Positions 24,671-38,363 of a stretch of DNA of 64,000 nucleotides are shown here, piece by piece (the first letter of the stretch is position 1; every line of letters begins with the position of its first letter). A program made the position numbers and the translations under genes. The notes beneath the pieces are model-generated. The model was given only the letters and a program-made list of their open reading frames with translations, was not told where the DNA came from and ran no database searches. This DNA is from Octopus sinensis (Eukaryota), in NCBI RefSeq assembly GCF_006345805.1, contig NC_043005.1:99200001-99264000 (forward strand), written 5' to 3'.

Positions 24671-25087
24671 CAAGATATTTGACCAAGCAGTCAACGAAGT
24701 GAATGGTTTAAAAAGAAGAATAAAATACTGACCCAAAGCCTTGTAGATAATTCATAAACCAAACAAACAATAAAAAGTGGCATTACATACTTCAACCTAT
24801 TCTTCAGTCTAAACTGCCTTCTACTAATCTCCACACATACATAGCTATTGAATAGGAACAATATAAAAATTTATTTTGGCTCCACAAAAAAACAAAACAA
24901 AAAGACATCGTCCAATCCAGAAAGAAGCATATATCTCAAAATGAACAGCTTGTAATATATCATAGTTTATAAATCCAATGAGATTCACAGAAAATGCTTT
25001 TCTGTATTTAATTTCATCTTTACACTTCATGAGTTCAAATTACAGCAAAGTCAATTTTGCTTCTTACTTTTTTGCATTTAATGAAAT

Positions 25088-25482
25088 ACTAGCAGTATCG
25101 CCCGGCGTTGGTTGGGTTTGTTTCGACCCTTTAGAATTGGAATTTTTGAAATGTAAAAATTTTGCATTATGTAGCTTGTTATTCTCTTTAAGTGAACATT
25201 TTTCTGGTTGAAATACACCAAAAAATGACGACACAGCAGTCAAAAAATTGTAAAAAAATAGGGACTTTCATAGAAAAAAAGTACCTTTTTTATGTAAATA
25301 ATGTTTGGTGTTAACATGGTTTGATTTGAATTTTTTCTTCTATGGAAGGAAGAACCAGCCTTCTTCTATCATACTCTCAATTTTGGTCAACTTGCATTGC
25401 AGGGTCTCGGAGGAGACAGTGTTAGTTGAAGGCTACCAAACATGCCACACACAGACAACTTCAGCTTTATATATATAGAGAT
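25088..25482 (+). mobile_element. Non-autonomous Helentron/Helitron-like element
   Basis: Starts ACTAGCAGTATCGCCCGGCGTTG, ends ACAGACAACTTCAGCTTTATATATATAGAGAT, no TSD seen; second copy 46558-46938. Confidence 0.55.
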
Positions 25483-25757
25483 ATATACCAATAATCTCTG
25501 GGATTTAATCAATTCACTGTCCTTCTCTGATCTGAGTTCTAATTCTAGTCAAAACCAACTTATTTCATGAACAAAAGCCTTAAGAAACAGACGGATATTT
25601 ACTATACATTAATATTTCATATCATTTGTAAATGTTATGCATAAAGTTTGTAAGAAGGAAGGAAATCTACAATGATGGATAGTTTACAGTAAGATAATAC
25701 AAAACATTACTTTTGCTTCACACAATACACATACACACACACATATACATACATACG

Positions 25758-25789
<32 letters not shown>

Positions 25790-26689
25790 TATATACAGAT
25801 ATGTATGTATATATATATATGCATACACTGGTCTATTCTACAGAAAGCCATATTAATGCTTCTGTCAAATACAAATATGGTTTCTTGCAATAAACAAACC
25901 TATTCATAAGACATTCATGAGTTGTTAATTGAATGAATAGATAAATAAATTTTTTAAAATATAAATTTAATGTCACCATTCATTAATATCATAATATATA
26001 AATAATTTTGTAAAAATTCATAAAAATCATTTTGATGTGTCTTAAATTTTGTTGATTCTGTAAGAATTTTGAATAATAAATTTGATATCAACTCAGCATG
26101 ACAAATTCTAAAAGAGATATCCACCGCAATGATAAATTGATTCATCAACAAATGTAGTATTCTTCATTGGCTCTTATTGAACCGATATAAGTGGGAAGTG
26201 CTAGGGAGCACTGATTTTGGAATGGTCAAATTCTTCTAACTGAGAAAGACTTGACACTACATGTTTACATTTGCTCTTCTAACCATCTGGTCCTTGTCTT
26301 TTGCCCATAGAATCATTTCAGTTGAGTAGTGAGGAATAGTACTCTCTTTGGTACATCTTAACAGGTTAGTAGATGGTACTTTGTTAAAAATATAAAATAC
26401 TACTGGTCTTTTCTTTAACTGATAATTATCTCCAAATTAATTATCTTTACACTGATAAAAGACAAATCTCCTGTCAAGACAATGTCAGTTTATTTATAGA
26501 ATATTTTTTGTAAATTATTCTAAACTACCAGGTGAACTAATGGTGGCAATGATAGGCGAAGTGGTGGTGAGTAAAATGATGGTGGTTGGTGGATGAACTA
26601 GCAGTGGTAGCATAACATTGGGGACTCAATCACTGGGTTCTGATTCCTTAATTTCTTCATGATGAGGGTAACTTGAACATGACTATTTA

Positions 26690-26980
26690 AAACACTATAC
26701 TACAATGAATATCTACTTATTCCGTAATGGCATAGTTTACAACTGTACCTTTTTAGAGTTGTAACGGTATCATAATGGAGTATTTACTTGCACTGAGGTA
26801 AACAATCATCATGGAGTATCTACTTACTCCATAGTGGTATAGCTTACTGCTGTATTTACTTACAGTTGTAAACTGTATTATGGAATATCTACATACAACA
26901 AGGTAAATTACAGATCATAGAGTATCTATGTACAGCTGTAAACTCTAGCATTATGGAGTAGCTACTTAGAGCTGTAAAAT
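26690..26980. repeat. Degenerate ~35-40 bp tandem repeat (ATGGAGTATCTACTTACAGCTGTAAAC-like)
   Basis: Recurrent ATGGAGTATTTACTT, ATGGAGTATCTACTT, ATGGAATATCTAC, ATGGAGTAGCTACTT. Confidence 0.55.
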
Positions 26981-26984
26981 ACAC

Positions 26985-26990
26985 CACCAC

Positions 26991-27027
<37 letters not shown>

Positions 27028-27345
27028 GTTTAATGTCTGCTTTCCATGCTAGCATTGGTTGGACGAATGACTGAGGGCTGGTGAACCAGATGGCTGCACC
27101 AGGCTCCAGTCTTGATCTGGCAGAGTTTCTACAGCTGGATGCCCTTCCTAATGTCAACCAGAGTGTAGTGGGTGCTTTTACATGCCACCGACACAGGTGC
27201 CAGTAAGGCGATGCTGGTAACAATCACACTCGAATGGTGCCTTTTACATGCCACTGACCAGAATCCAGTTAGCCGCTCTGGCAATGATCACGCTCGGATG
27301 GTGCTCTTAACTCCCTACTAGCACGGGGCACAAGTGCCAGTAAGC
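26985..27345 (-). mobile_element. RTE 3'UTR tail / SINE end
   Basis: (CAT)n then reverse complement of the shared tail. Confidence 0.8.
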
Positions 27346-28789
27346 CAACCATAAAGTATCTATTTAAAGTGAGATGGAATTAGTTGGTGAGGATGACATT
27401 TGTTAGACAGGGATACAGTTTTGCAGTTGCAATAACAGTGGCTAGATATGAACGGCTGACTCCTTAACCAGTGGCTAGCTATTGATTTGAATATCTCAGT
27501 TCTGTGATTGGAGTAACACACTGAGCACAGAGTTCAATGAAAATTGAGGAACAGACAGTAACTTACAATATATATGCTTTTAGTACAACACAATTACCCC
27601 ACTACCTTTCACCGCTATACTATATTCCCTGCTGTACCCTCTGTTCATGAAAATGCCTGTACAATATTCAGACTTGCCACTTTATGCACGTAGAGTTGGA
27701 ATGATTGGGTGTCATTCAATCATTTGGTGTGTTGGGATATAAACGGCCCAAAAGCTCTGGTTGCAGTCTAACATCTTGGGTTTATTTAAGATCCATATTA
27801 GCTTTGTAAGACAGATATTAAACCAACAATTGACAGCCATGGTGATGATGATGATGACTAGCAAGAAGCAGTTATTATATTACAGCCTATAGCAAGCTGG
27901 TAGTGGTAGGGGTGATGGGGGTATGATTGCTAGTAAATGTTGTTTAGCTACAAACTATATAGTTTGTAGATTTCTAACTGACAGGAACTGATAACGACAA
28001 CATAATATTAACAACACTCTGAAGACTAGCCATTAAAGTGATGATGACGATACCGATAGTGGTGGTGGTGGTGGTGGTGGTAGCGGTGGTGGTGCCAAGT
28101 AGCAGGAGGTGGGGGATGGAATTTTGAAATTAACAGACAAGAAGAAAAAAAAAAGAAGTAGTTATGTCAGGTAATTACATTATATCGATGTTGTTTTCCC
28201 CTGCAGAGAATAATGGGAGATAACAAAAGTTGGGATGTTAGTGGTGAGAGGGGTCGGAGTAGGAAACGATGGGTGGAGAAGAAGATTTTGGGAGCAAGAC
28301 TAGAAGATAAAGGTGTGGTGAGTGGTGGTGGTGAGGAAACGGTAGTGGCACTGATGAAGATGGTGGTGGTGGTGGTTGATAGTAATGAAGATGTTCAAGA
28401 GTTCATGAGTGATGGTTGTGAGGAAGTATGTGTGTGTGTGGGGGTGATAATATTGGTGTTGGGAGCGATCACTGTAATGGTGATGGAAGTAATGGGGTGA
28501 CCGTTATGGGGTGGGGTATTGATGGACATTAAATATGTCTCATCCATTGATAGTATTAGATAATAACTCTAAATGGATGTTTTTGTCTCTTGTTTATTGT
28601 TTCTATTCTATAATTTTTAACATCTACAAATAAGTTTTGATAATCTTGAAGTTGTCAACATCAATAAAATTCCTAATCAATGTCTATAGTTATTAAGTTT
28701 ATTTATTTTTCTCAGATGGAATTTTACTTTATTTCCTCTTCAAATTACATTCCATACCCCCACCCCTTTTACCATTTTAGCTCCATTTA

Positions 28790-29165
28790 GTTATCACTGT
28801 ATAGCTCTCTATAGTTCTTCTACCACTCTATAGCTCCTATGTATATCTCTACCATCACTGAAGAATTCTTGTACAAGACCTGCACCACTATAAAGCTCCT
28901 CTACCATTCTGACAGTGAATAGGTCCTTTCCTGCAGTAGAATCATTATATCAATGTATAACTTTTGTGCCAATGTATATCCTTTGTATCACTATACAGCA
29001 CCAGTACCACTGTATGGCCATATATCATAGATTAGTCTCTCTACCACTGTATAGCTCTGGTTCTACTGTATAACCATGCACCAATGTATTGTTCTGGTAC
29101 CACTTTGTACCTCCTGTATAACCATGTGCCACTGTATTACCATGCAGCATACTGTATAGCTCTGT
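28790..29165. repeat. Degenerate tandem repeat of ACCACTGTATAGCTC-like units
   Basis: Recurrent ATCACTGTATAGCTC, ACCACTCTATAGCTC, ACCACTGTATAGCTC, ATACTGTATAGCTC. Confidence 0.5.
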
Positions 29166-29194
29166 GATAATGTGCAGCCCTATGTCACAATGGT

Positions 29195-29518
29195 TAAGGT
29201 AAAAGCAAAGATCCCCTTCAGTCATGGATGACCATGGAATTGCATCTAGAAAGTTACCATCTGAGGCACAAGTCTGGGCAAGGTTGTTTGTGGAAGACCA
29301 GCAGTCACCCATGCATATCAGCCTCCCCTCTCCACACCACCGATGTTATCCAAAGGAAAGGCAAAAGCCAATACAGCTTGGCACCAGTGTTGTCACAGTT
29401 CATTTCTACAGCTGAGTGAACTGGAGTAACATGACCACAACACACAGCTCGGTCAAGGAATCGAACTCACTACTTCATGATTGTGAGCCCGATGCTCTAA
29501 CCGTTGAGCCATGCGCTT
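29195..29518 (-). mobile_element. tRNA-head SINE
   Basis: Reverse strand GCGCATGGCTCAACGGTTAGAGC (A box)...GAGTTCGATTCC (B box). Confidence 0.7.
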
Positions 29519-30246
29519 TTACTGTTATATCACAGTTCTACTTTTTAAAAACCATTTTGCTAAATGATTCTCATGTCTTCACACAGACCGGTTCAAGGTA
29601 GGGGTGGGTGGGACAGCCTTTCACTATTTACTCAAATAAGAAACATTTGAAGAGTTCCATATATTTTTTATTTGCTTATTGTTTTTATTATTGTTTTTAA
29701 GATAAAAATCTATGTCCAATGTATCTCTAAATTATTTTAAAATAAATTCTTTGCTGATTTTATCTCTTCTGTACAACAGTTTGGCTGTGTTTAGTCAATA
29801 ACACTGATGGCTTGAACAAAACCTTGGAAGACTACAATAACAATAGAAAGATTTACAATATAGAAATTCAATCAAAAGTAATTTTAATGGAAATGATAGC
29901 AGGCAGACTCAGAGTGAACAAACCCAATTTCACTAAGACATCTTAAAAGAAAGAAAGAAAGAAAAAAAAAAACATATTGGATTTGAGCTTGATATACAAA
30001 AAGTGAGGTCGGTCATGGCTGAAACAGTTTTGATCACAAATATGCAGGATCAGAGATAAGCAATGTTTAGGAATGAAGATAGGAGCTTCAATATTTTGCT
30101 TGTTTTAGTTATTGGACTGTGGTGATGTTGGCAGCACTGCCTTGAGACGTTTAGGCAAACAAATATATAGCATGATAACAAATTATTATACTGCATGGAC
30201 AAGTAAATTAATACAGCCAGGGTAACTATTTTAAATGAAAATAATT

Positions 30247-30450
30247 ATCATCATCATCATTGTTTAACGTCTGCTTTCCATGCTAGCATGGGTTGGACGA
30301 TTTTGACTGAGGACTGGCGAACCAGATGGCTGCACCAGGCTCCAATCTTGATCTGTCAGAGTTTCTACAGCTGGATGCCCTTCCTAATGCCAACCACTCC
30401 GAGAGTGTAGTGGGCGCTTTTTACGTGCCACCAGCATGGGAGCCAGATGG
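30247..30450 (-). mobile_element. RTE 3'UTR tail / SINE end
   Basis: Reverse complement of the shared tail with (CAT)n. Confidence 0.8.
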
Positions 30451-30612
30451 CAGAATTGTCAGTGTTAGAGGAGACCACTATGACATTTGTTCTACATTTT
30501 TGAGTCTTGAGTCGTAGGCCTAAGTCTTTGAAGAGTGCAAAATCACCACCAGGTCCTTGAGTGTCTTTGGGAGAGTTCACTCAGTTGATAATACCTGAGT
30601 CAGATCCCTTGT

Positions 30613-30846
30613 TTAACCATGACCCCTTAGCTTTCAGATTACTCTTTCAAATGTGATGCTTATTTATTCACATCTTTGAAAATTACTCATGCATTATCTT
30701 GTAGCTTTGAGATTTCAATGAGGTGGCAGTTTATTTCTAGAATGACATTGTAGGGTAGGTATAAGAGGCCTAATCTGGTTGGTTTGAACAGAAAGCAGGT
30801 AAAATATTTAGGCTGGATACGGTTGATTTAAATACTGAAAGGTTAA
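30613..30846. mobile_element. Possible piggyBac-like MITE
   Basis: TTAACC...CTTAGCTTTCAG / CTGAAAGGTTAA termini. Confidence 0.4.
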
Positions 30847-32065
30847 ATAATTTCTTTCCACCTACCAATCGCGTAGCCTTTGATGAAAAGGTCTCAGATG
30901 CTACCCTTGTCATGAGAAAAAAATAAATAAACAGGTTTAAAATAATAGCCCTGTGTAGTTGGATTTGAACTCACAACACTGATGTTACTTGTTCAACATC
31001 TCTATCATACGACAATAAATAAATGACAAATTTATTTTAGAAAATAAATTTAGATAGAACAACAATTATTAATAGTTTTATAGGAATTCCTAGTTGCAAT
31101 TTCATTTAACTTTTTTTTTCACCACCACCACCACCACCACCACCACAATAATAATAATAATAATCGTTAGGACCACTATCACCAGCGCATTACTTACTAT
31201 CACCATCACCATGTCCACTATTACTGTTAATATACAACTGCCACTACTACTGCTACTACCATCACTATTGCCATTAATGCCACTACCGCCATCATCGCTA
31301 CTAATACAGTCACTACTACCATCGTCACCACTTTCACCACCACAACCATTATCACCACCACCACCACCTCCACCATCACTACCGTGAATATCATCATCAT
31401 CATCATTATTGATAGCAACAAAGTCAGTGTCAGCTGAATGGAAACGTAATCCACATATTAAAACCATGTGTAATGATGCAGAAAATATGGTCATGTGATT
31501 CCTTTACTACTTTACTTTTGTAATTATGTCTTTTCATATAAATGTTATTAATTTATAAGTTGACATGTAGACTTTCTCAGTCTCTATCTCACATGCACAC
31601 AAATATGAATACGCAAATACACAGTACACAAACATCACTAGTGTGCATCTATGTGTGTGTGTGTATTTGTATATACATACACATACATACATACACAAAT
31701 ATATATAGAGATGTATGTATGCTTGTGTATATGAATGTATTTGCAAAGTTTTAGTGATGCCAACATTATTGGTGAGTTGGATGGTGGGAAGGAATTTAAG
31801 ATAAAAGACTATAGAATAAAAATTGATAATTAAAACTAAAATTATTAAAATTTTCTCGTTTATTCTATAGTCTGCATATCTTATATCCATTGTATGACCT
31901 TTTCAACTGTTTCTCCTTAATTAAAATATATTTTACATCAAACTTATTGTTATGATTCCCAAATTTTGAAATAAATTTGAGAACTGATGCAAAAAAACCC
32001 CAGACTAGATAGAAATAAAAGCTACAAAAATAAAACAAGGGGAAAAATAGTGAAAGAAGACAACA

Positions 32066-32142
<77 letters not shown>

Positions 32143-32358
32143 CATATATATATGGGGCATCAACTAAAACTAGACTGTTAAGACACACATATCCAATAAA
32201 AAAATTGTTTCGTATGAAGTGACAGGTAGACAGTAAAATAATAAGGCAAAAGGAACTGAGAGATGCTTCATTAAAAATGTTCTGGTGTGCTTGAGATAAA
32301 TCAACCAAAGACAAACCACCTTAATGTAATGCAGCGATGTGCGCTATTTTCTTGCGTC

Positions 32359-32373
32359 TAGCGCCATCTATAG
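32359..32373 (-). promoter_or_regulatory. CTCF/YY1-like core AGATGGCGC
   Basis: TAGCGCCATCTATAG in a short CpG-retaining island (32335-32370). Confidence 0.3.
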
Positions 32374-32589
32374 AAATGTGCAAGGCATCAGAGTGGAGAA
32401 TTAGAAATATAAACTTTTCAATATAGTTTTTAACCTTTTTTTTTTTATATTTCTTTTCAATTCATTTATTTGAACTTTTACAAAAAAAAAGAGAGTGTTT
32501 CAAGCAGTTCTGTATTTAGTGTTAAAATACTACTGAACATTTCTGTTTTTTTTTCCTTTATAGAAGAGAACTGATACAATATGGTAAAC

Positions 32590-32950
32590 TGGTTCAATAT
32601 CTCTCTACACTTATGTTGATAATGTCTTTAACTTCCTTGTCTACAGAACTATTTAACTGATAGGCATGAAGTTACTCACCACACACTTACATATTCCAAA
32701 CTCTAGTCTACATACATACTGCCTCTTGCCTCTCCTATTGCTGTTCCTACAATGGCCTCTGTACATCAGAGCTGGTTAGTCTTGTTTCACCTCTACCCAA
32801 GCATTCCCAGCTCAATAATCTCTCCCCTCTCTCCATGTTATCCCTGTTGCCTTCATCTCCCTCAAGTCCCAATAAACCCTCTGGAATCTCCTGCTCCCTT
32901 GCTCATATTTTATCTGCTGCTGTAAACTTGGCAATTGTTCAAGAGGTACT
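32590..32950 (+). pseudogene. Decayed CR1/L2-group LINE 3' end
   Basis: Translation segments YNGLCTSELVSLVSP and LWNLL resemble the YHG.CSSEL..LVP / LWN.LP motifs. Confidence 0.45.
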
Positions 32951-34269
32951 TCTTTTATTGTACTTCTTCAAGAGGTGAAACAATAATTTTGATCTTAGAA
33001 AGCCTGCAGAGACCATGGCCACAGCACAGTTCTTCAGAACAACCATAAAAGTTTTGCTAAAAAATATTACAAAAATGCTGTTAGGTTCTTAAATTTCATT
33101 TCATAGCATAATGGTGGAGAGAAGATTGAATTGACTAAAACCAGCTAAAAATAATGGTTTCTTGCATTAGTGAAGGTTCGATATTAGCTGCAAAGAAGCA
33201 CTGATTGATTACATCAACAGGTACTATTCAAGATGTAAGAGTTGCCAAGTAGCCATTCAGCCTTTCAGAAAAACCAACCAAATCTACATTGAACCAAGTT
33301 CTTGCTTTCTTAAAAAAGGGCCACACTGTAGCTCTAGACATACTTCATTTGAAAAGGTGTTTATGGATGAAATGCCTTCATTCATAGCTTTGATCACAAT
33401 ATTTCATTAACCCTGGTTGGATGAAAAGCTAAGTCAATTGTGGCAGGATCTGAACACAAGAAGTAAAGATGTAATCACATTTCCGTTGAAATACACTGCA
33501 TGTGTTTTGATTAACTTTTAAAATAATGAAGAATTTAGTAAAATAACTTTGCCATTATTAAATTACTGTTTGGAACAAATTATCATGAAATTTTGATGAA
33601 AGATTTTAAACACTTTAAAACTTTAAAACGAGCAGTTTATACTAAAGAAGCAGAAGTGACAGGGTGGTGGTCAGAGGCAAGGTGGTATCAAGTGTTAAGG
33701 TATGTTACTATGAGAGATTACTGGATGTAGAAAGTGTGAGGAAGGCAGAGTAACTACTTGAAATGGGTAAAAGACCTTTTGGCAAAGCTGTTTTGGTGCC
33801 ACCAATTTGGTGTCAGAGATTTGACACTGATTTATTTGCTATCAAACATTTTAACAGTTCTCATTTTAGTGTTTATCTTGTCCTCTTCTCTTTTACTCTC
33901 TCTCTCTCTTTGTTTATGCGTGTGAGTATATTTCTCTTTATATGGGGAGAGGGGAAAATGTTTAAGTTAGTCATGTTCAATTAATAAATTATAATGGCTC
34001 TCTCTTTCTCTCTCCCTCCCACCATCTCTATGTGTATATTTCTGTGTATGTGTGTGTTTGCCTCAGAGCCAAAAAATACTGCTGCCAAAACTACTTGGAT
34101 GTCCAGTCAGCTGTGCTAAATCACCAGTGTCCAAATGCTTGTGCCCAATAATCACATTCTGACCTGAAGTATACTCAACAGAGTGACCAGAAGGCAGTTA
34201 TAGAATGGTCTTTAAGGATATGAAGATAGAGAAGGTAGTATGTGTGTGCATGTAAGTATATTTATCTGC

Positions 34270-34300
<31 letters not shown>

Positions 34301-34859
34301 CGAGCAAAACGCCCCCACCCCGTCCAATGGACAGTGCTGAGTTGTCAAAAATTTAAACCAAATTTTCTCAAAACAACTTGTCCAACCGTCCCATAAGCCT
34401 CCCCTTTGAGAAACACTGATTTAACCTAAATTTGAGACACCAGCAAAAGAAGAAATAAAGATAGACGTTTTTCTATTCCAAAGAAAAACGATTTTATGCA
34501 CACAAATAGGCAACCGAAGAGTTTAAAGTACCAGTAATGATTAGGCTGTTGACTGGGAGAACACAAACATGGTTTAAACAGTTCTTTTCATTAAAAAATA
34601 ATTAAGCATGCCTTTATTTCAATAAAATTTTTGGTTTTGTTAAACGAAGTTAAGGCAAAAAAAAAAAAACTTCTTGAGAAACCAAATAGTCTTTCCTCCC
34701 TTCATGCCAAGTTTGAAGAAAATATCTCTTTTGCATCTTACTTTTTTGGTCTCTTAAATATACTGCATTTTGTGGCATTATTTCAAGCCAGCTGGCTTTT
34801 TTTTGCTCAAACTGCACATGCATTTTTCTCGGATACACATAGTATCGAGCACAACAGCT

Positions 34860-35067
34860 GATGTACTTGTGCGTACAAATGCACGTTCCCACGGCTTTAT
34901 TGTTCGCATTCTCACCTGGAATCGATTTTTGTAATTTTTTCAAGACTTATATATGCCCTGATACCGTTGGTATCTACATATCAAATTTGAGCACAATCGG
35001 ATGGAGGATGCCTGAGATCCTAGAAGACACACACACAGACAGATGGAACGGATTTTATATAATAGAT
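34860..35067 (+). mobile_element. Helentron/Helitron-like 3' end, with inverted partial copy at 35441-35515
   Basis: GATGCCTGAGATCCTAGAAGACAC...GGATTTTATATAATAGATA and its reverse complement at 35441. Confidence 0.45.
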
Positions 35068-36908
35068 ATACAAAGACATACATATACTCAAAAACACAAT
35101 GTGTGTGTGATTTTAATAGTTGCTGATAAGATTGTGTCATTAAGAAATTCTCTTGATACTGGATTTTGTCTCACTGTGAGATCCCTTAGACAAGTGCTCT
35201 CTATTATAACCTCAGGTTGATGAATGCATTGGGAGTAAAATTTAGCACATGCATATTATATGATGGATTCTCTTGTTGGGAATGACAAATGAAGATTCAA
35301 TAAAATATAGTTTAATCATGTTCTATGGACAAGAATGTGTTACTTGAAGCCTGCTGATGCCTTGCAAACCTTTTGGCAAAAGGAGAAAATTGAGGATTCA
35401 GTTTTCTTGAGCGCTTGTGGAATGATATGCATAACATGTATATCTATTATATAAAATCCGTTCTGTCTCTGTGTGTGTGTATCTTCTAAGATCTTGGGCA
35501 TCCTCCATTGCTGTGGAATGGTGAAACTATTTTTTGTTTTCTGAAAAAGCAACGTTTTGGACTTACAACACTTTTGCATAATAGCAATGGTATATGTATG
35601 TATATATGCATGCATGTATGCATATATTTATGTGTGTGTGACTGTTTGTCACCCCACCATTGCTTGACAACCGATGCTGATGTGTTTATGTCCCTGTAAC
35701 TTAACAGTTCAGCAAAAGAGACAGACAGAACAAGTACTAGGCTTACAAATAATAAGTTCTGGGGTTGGCCACAGTCAAACGACTGAAACAAGTAAAAGAA
35801 TAAAAAAAATACAATAATCTAAAAACATGTTATGAATTTGATATTGATGAAAAAATCATTTTCAACTTGTCCTTTCAATTTGCTTCTGTTGGACTGATCA
35901 GAGTTTCTCAGAAATGACTAGAATTCATTTAACCTTCCAAGATACAGTATCATTGTTAATGTATACAATATTAATTATTAAAATATATTCTCTCAGTATT
36001 TTGTTTATAAGAGAGGAGGTGGCTTAACAGAAAACATTAAATATTGTTAAAATGTATTTAAAAAAAAAAACTAATGAAATAAGTGAAAACTTGGTTATCT
36101 TTGTCCAAAATATTAAATGTTTGGGACTTCATAATTAAATTTTCTTCTTGTTGTTGCGGTGGCTTTCTCATATAAAAATTTTACTCTAAATAAATTATAT
36201 ACTGTTCCTATAGAAACGGTAAGTTCTTTTGAAGCAATAGATCACATGATACTCTGTTAGGAATATCACCGCTCTCCTCATCCCAACAACTTCACTCTCC
36301 CAGCCTATTAAACATTGTTCTTTCATTCACATCATCCAAATTTATGCTGACTATTCCCCTTCTCCTCTAACCTCTCCCAGTATCATTAAATTTTATTTTC
36401 CTTTATTTTCTATTTTTATTAAAATTTTGTTTCTTTGGCAATTCTATTGATGTTTTCTTTCTGTTTTTTTTTTTAACATTATTTCTTCTTTGTTTTTGTT
36501 TTTGAAAGAGAAGGAAAGAACGAAGGGGAAGGAGGAAGCACGTAGGTGGTTAGTGTGTGGCTTTAAGACGCTGATTTGATTCGAATCAATAATCTATTGC
36601 ACGCATACACACAAACAACACACACACATATGCTTACACACACAGACACGCACATACTATATGTCTGTTGCTAACAGACAAACCACAGCTGCACGTCATG
36701 ACACCACACAGTTGTTATTGCACTGCATTGTAATACATCACAAAATGCATTCTATAAGAGAGCTCAGACGGAAATAATCTACAAGCCAAAAGGATGGCAT
36801 AGTCTGCAGAGATAGAAAGAGAAAAACAGACAGAGAATCCCAGTGAGATTCAAAGACTAATGGTTGACTGAGAGTACAATAGGTTTGCACTAATCTCTAA
36901 CAACTTAC

Positions 36909-36971
36909 CAAGTTTGTTTCAACGACTGCAAAGTCTTGTGGAATTTGGTTGTGGATTCTGGGATATGATCA
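36909..36971 (-). CDS. Candidate 63-nt symmetric exon, DHIPESTTKFHKTLQSLKQT(W)
   Basis: Minus strand TTTGTTTAAG| acceptor and TTG|GTAAGT consensus donor; one open frame; no homology recognised. Confidence 0.25.
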
Positions 36972-37091
36972 CTTAAACAAATATATACTTGCACTCACAC
37001 ACACACACACACACACATGCACACATGAATCATAGGTATCCCATAAGGTGATATTTGATATATTTAGTATTCAAGTGGTATTTTAATCAAG

Positions 37092-37324
37092 AAGGCGGTG
37101 AGCTGGCAGAAACGTTAGCACGCCGGGTGAAATGCTTAGTGGTATTTCGTCTGTCTTTATGTTCTGAGTTCAAATTCCGCCGAAGTCGACTTTGCCTTTC
37201 ATCCTTTCACGGTTGATTAAATAAGTACCAGTTATGCACTGGGGTTGATATAATTGACTTAATCCGTTTGCCTTTCCTTGTTTGTCCTCTCTGTGTTTAG
37301 CCCCTTGTGGGTAGTAAAGAAATA
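37092..37324 (+). mobile_element. tRNA-head SINE, family B, with perfect 15-bp TSD
   Basis: GGTATTTTAATCAAG at 37077-37091 and 37325-37339. Confidence 0.92.
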
Positions 37325-37676
37325 GGTATTTTAATCAAGGAACACCTGATAATAAACATGAAAGTGTGTGTATACATACATAAATGCATACCTACATGCG
37401 TACATACATTTGTATGTATTTTTGGATGTATGTACATACATACGCACATACATACATACATACACACACGTACATATATATACATACAAACATACATACA
37501 CATATACAAACATACATACACATATATAAACATACATACACACACATACACATACATACATACAAACAAATATACCCTATTGTTGGTGTTGTAATTCCAA
37601 TGAAGGAGACTTTGATCTAGGTTAGGAACCGGCACTTTCTCTATTGGCAAGAAATCTTGAAATAAAACTGAACAAT

Positions 37677-37718
<42 letters not shown>

Positions 37719-37777
37719 TATAGTTGAATCTTAAATGCAACAAAGATCTTGCATTTGCTTTCTCTTGGACTACTTAG

Positions 37778-37825
37778 CTTTACAGGTGAGAATCTTTACA
37801 GGTGAGAATCTTTACAGGTGAGAAT
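37778..37825 (+). repeat. 3 x 16-bp perfect tandem repeat CTTTACAGGTGAGAAT
   Basis: Direct reading. Confidence 0.95.
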
Positions 37826-37959
37826 CTTAGCAGTGTTGTGCATGCGGTCATTGACTTCAAATTTCTGCACAGGCATTGCTGACAGCCATTCTCTTTAACA
37901 TCTTGGTTAAGACAATTTGTCAGTGTTGGTCATATTCATTTATAAGCTTGCAGCCACCA

Positions 37960-38089
37960 TGTATGTATGTGTATGGATGTATGTATGTATGTATGTATGT
38001 ATGTGTGTGTGTGTGTGTGTGTGTCTGTATGTATGTATCTGTATGTATGTATGTATGTATGTATGTATATATGTGTGTGTGTGTGTGTG

Positions 38090-38125
<36 letters not shown>

Positions 38126-38315
38126 GTGTGTATGTATGCATGTATGTATCTGTATGTGTATGTATGTGTGCATAAATGTATAGATGTGTGTATGTATGTG
38201 TATGTATGTATGTATCTGTATGTGTGCATGAATGTATAGATATGTGTATGGATGGATGTATATGTATATATGTATCTGTGCATAAATGTATAGATGTATG
38301 TATGTGTATGGATGA

Positions 38316-38363
<48 letters not shown>

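Noticed and set aside
24060-24950. Possible very old LINE RT remnant (FNTINDLQ, INLDDMILE)
   Set aside because: Motifs are fragmentary with many stops; clade cannot be supported.
26150-26420. Minus-strand KNLTIPK / HLLTC*DVPKR reminiscent of BEL/Pao RNase H
   Set aside because: Weak, multi-frame and stop-ridden; could be chance.
28184-28197. 14-mer ATCGATGTTGTTTT shared with 44402-44415
   Set aside because: Chance 14-mer matches are expected in 64 kb of AT-rich DNA.
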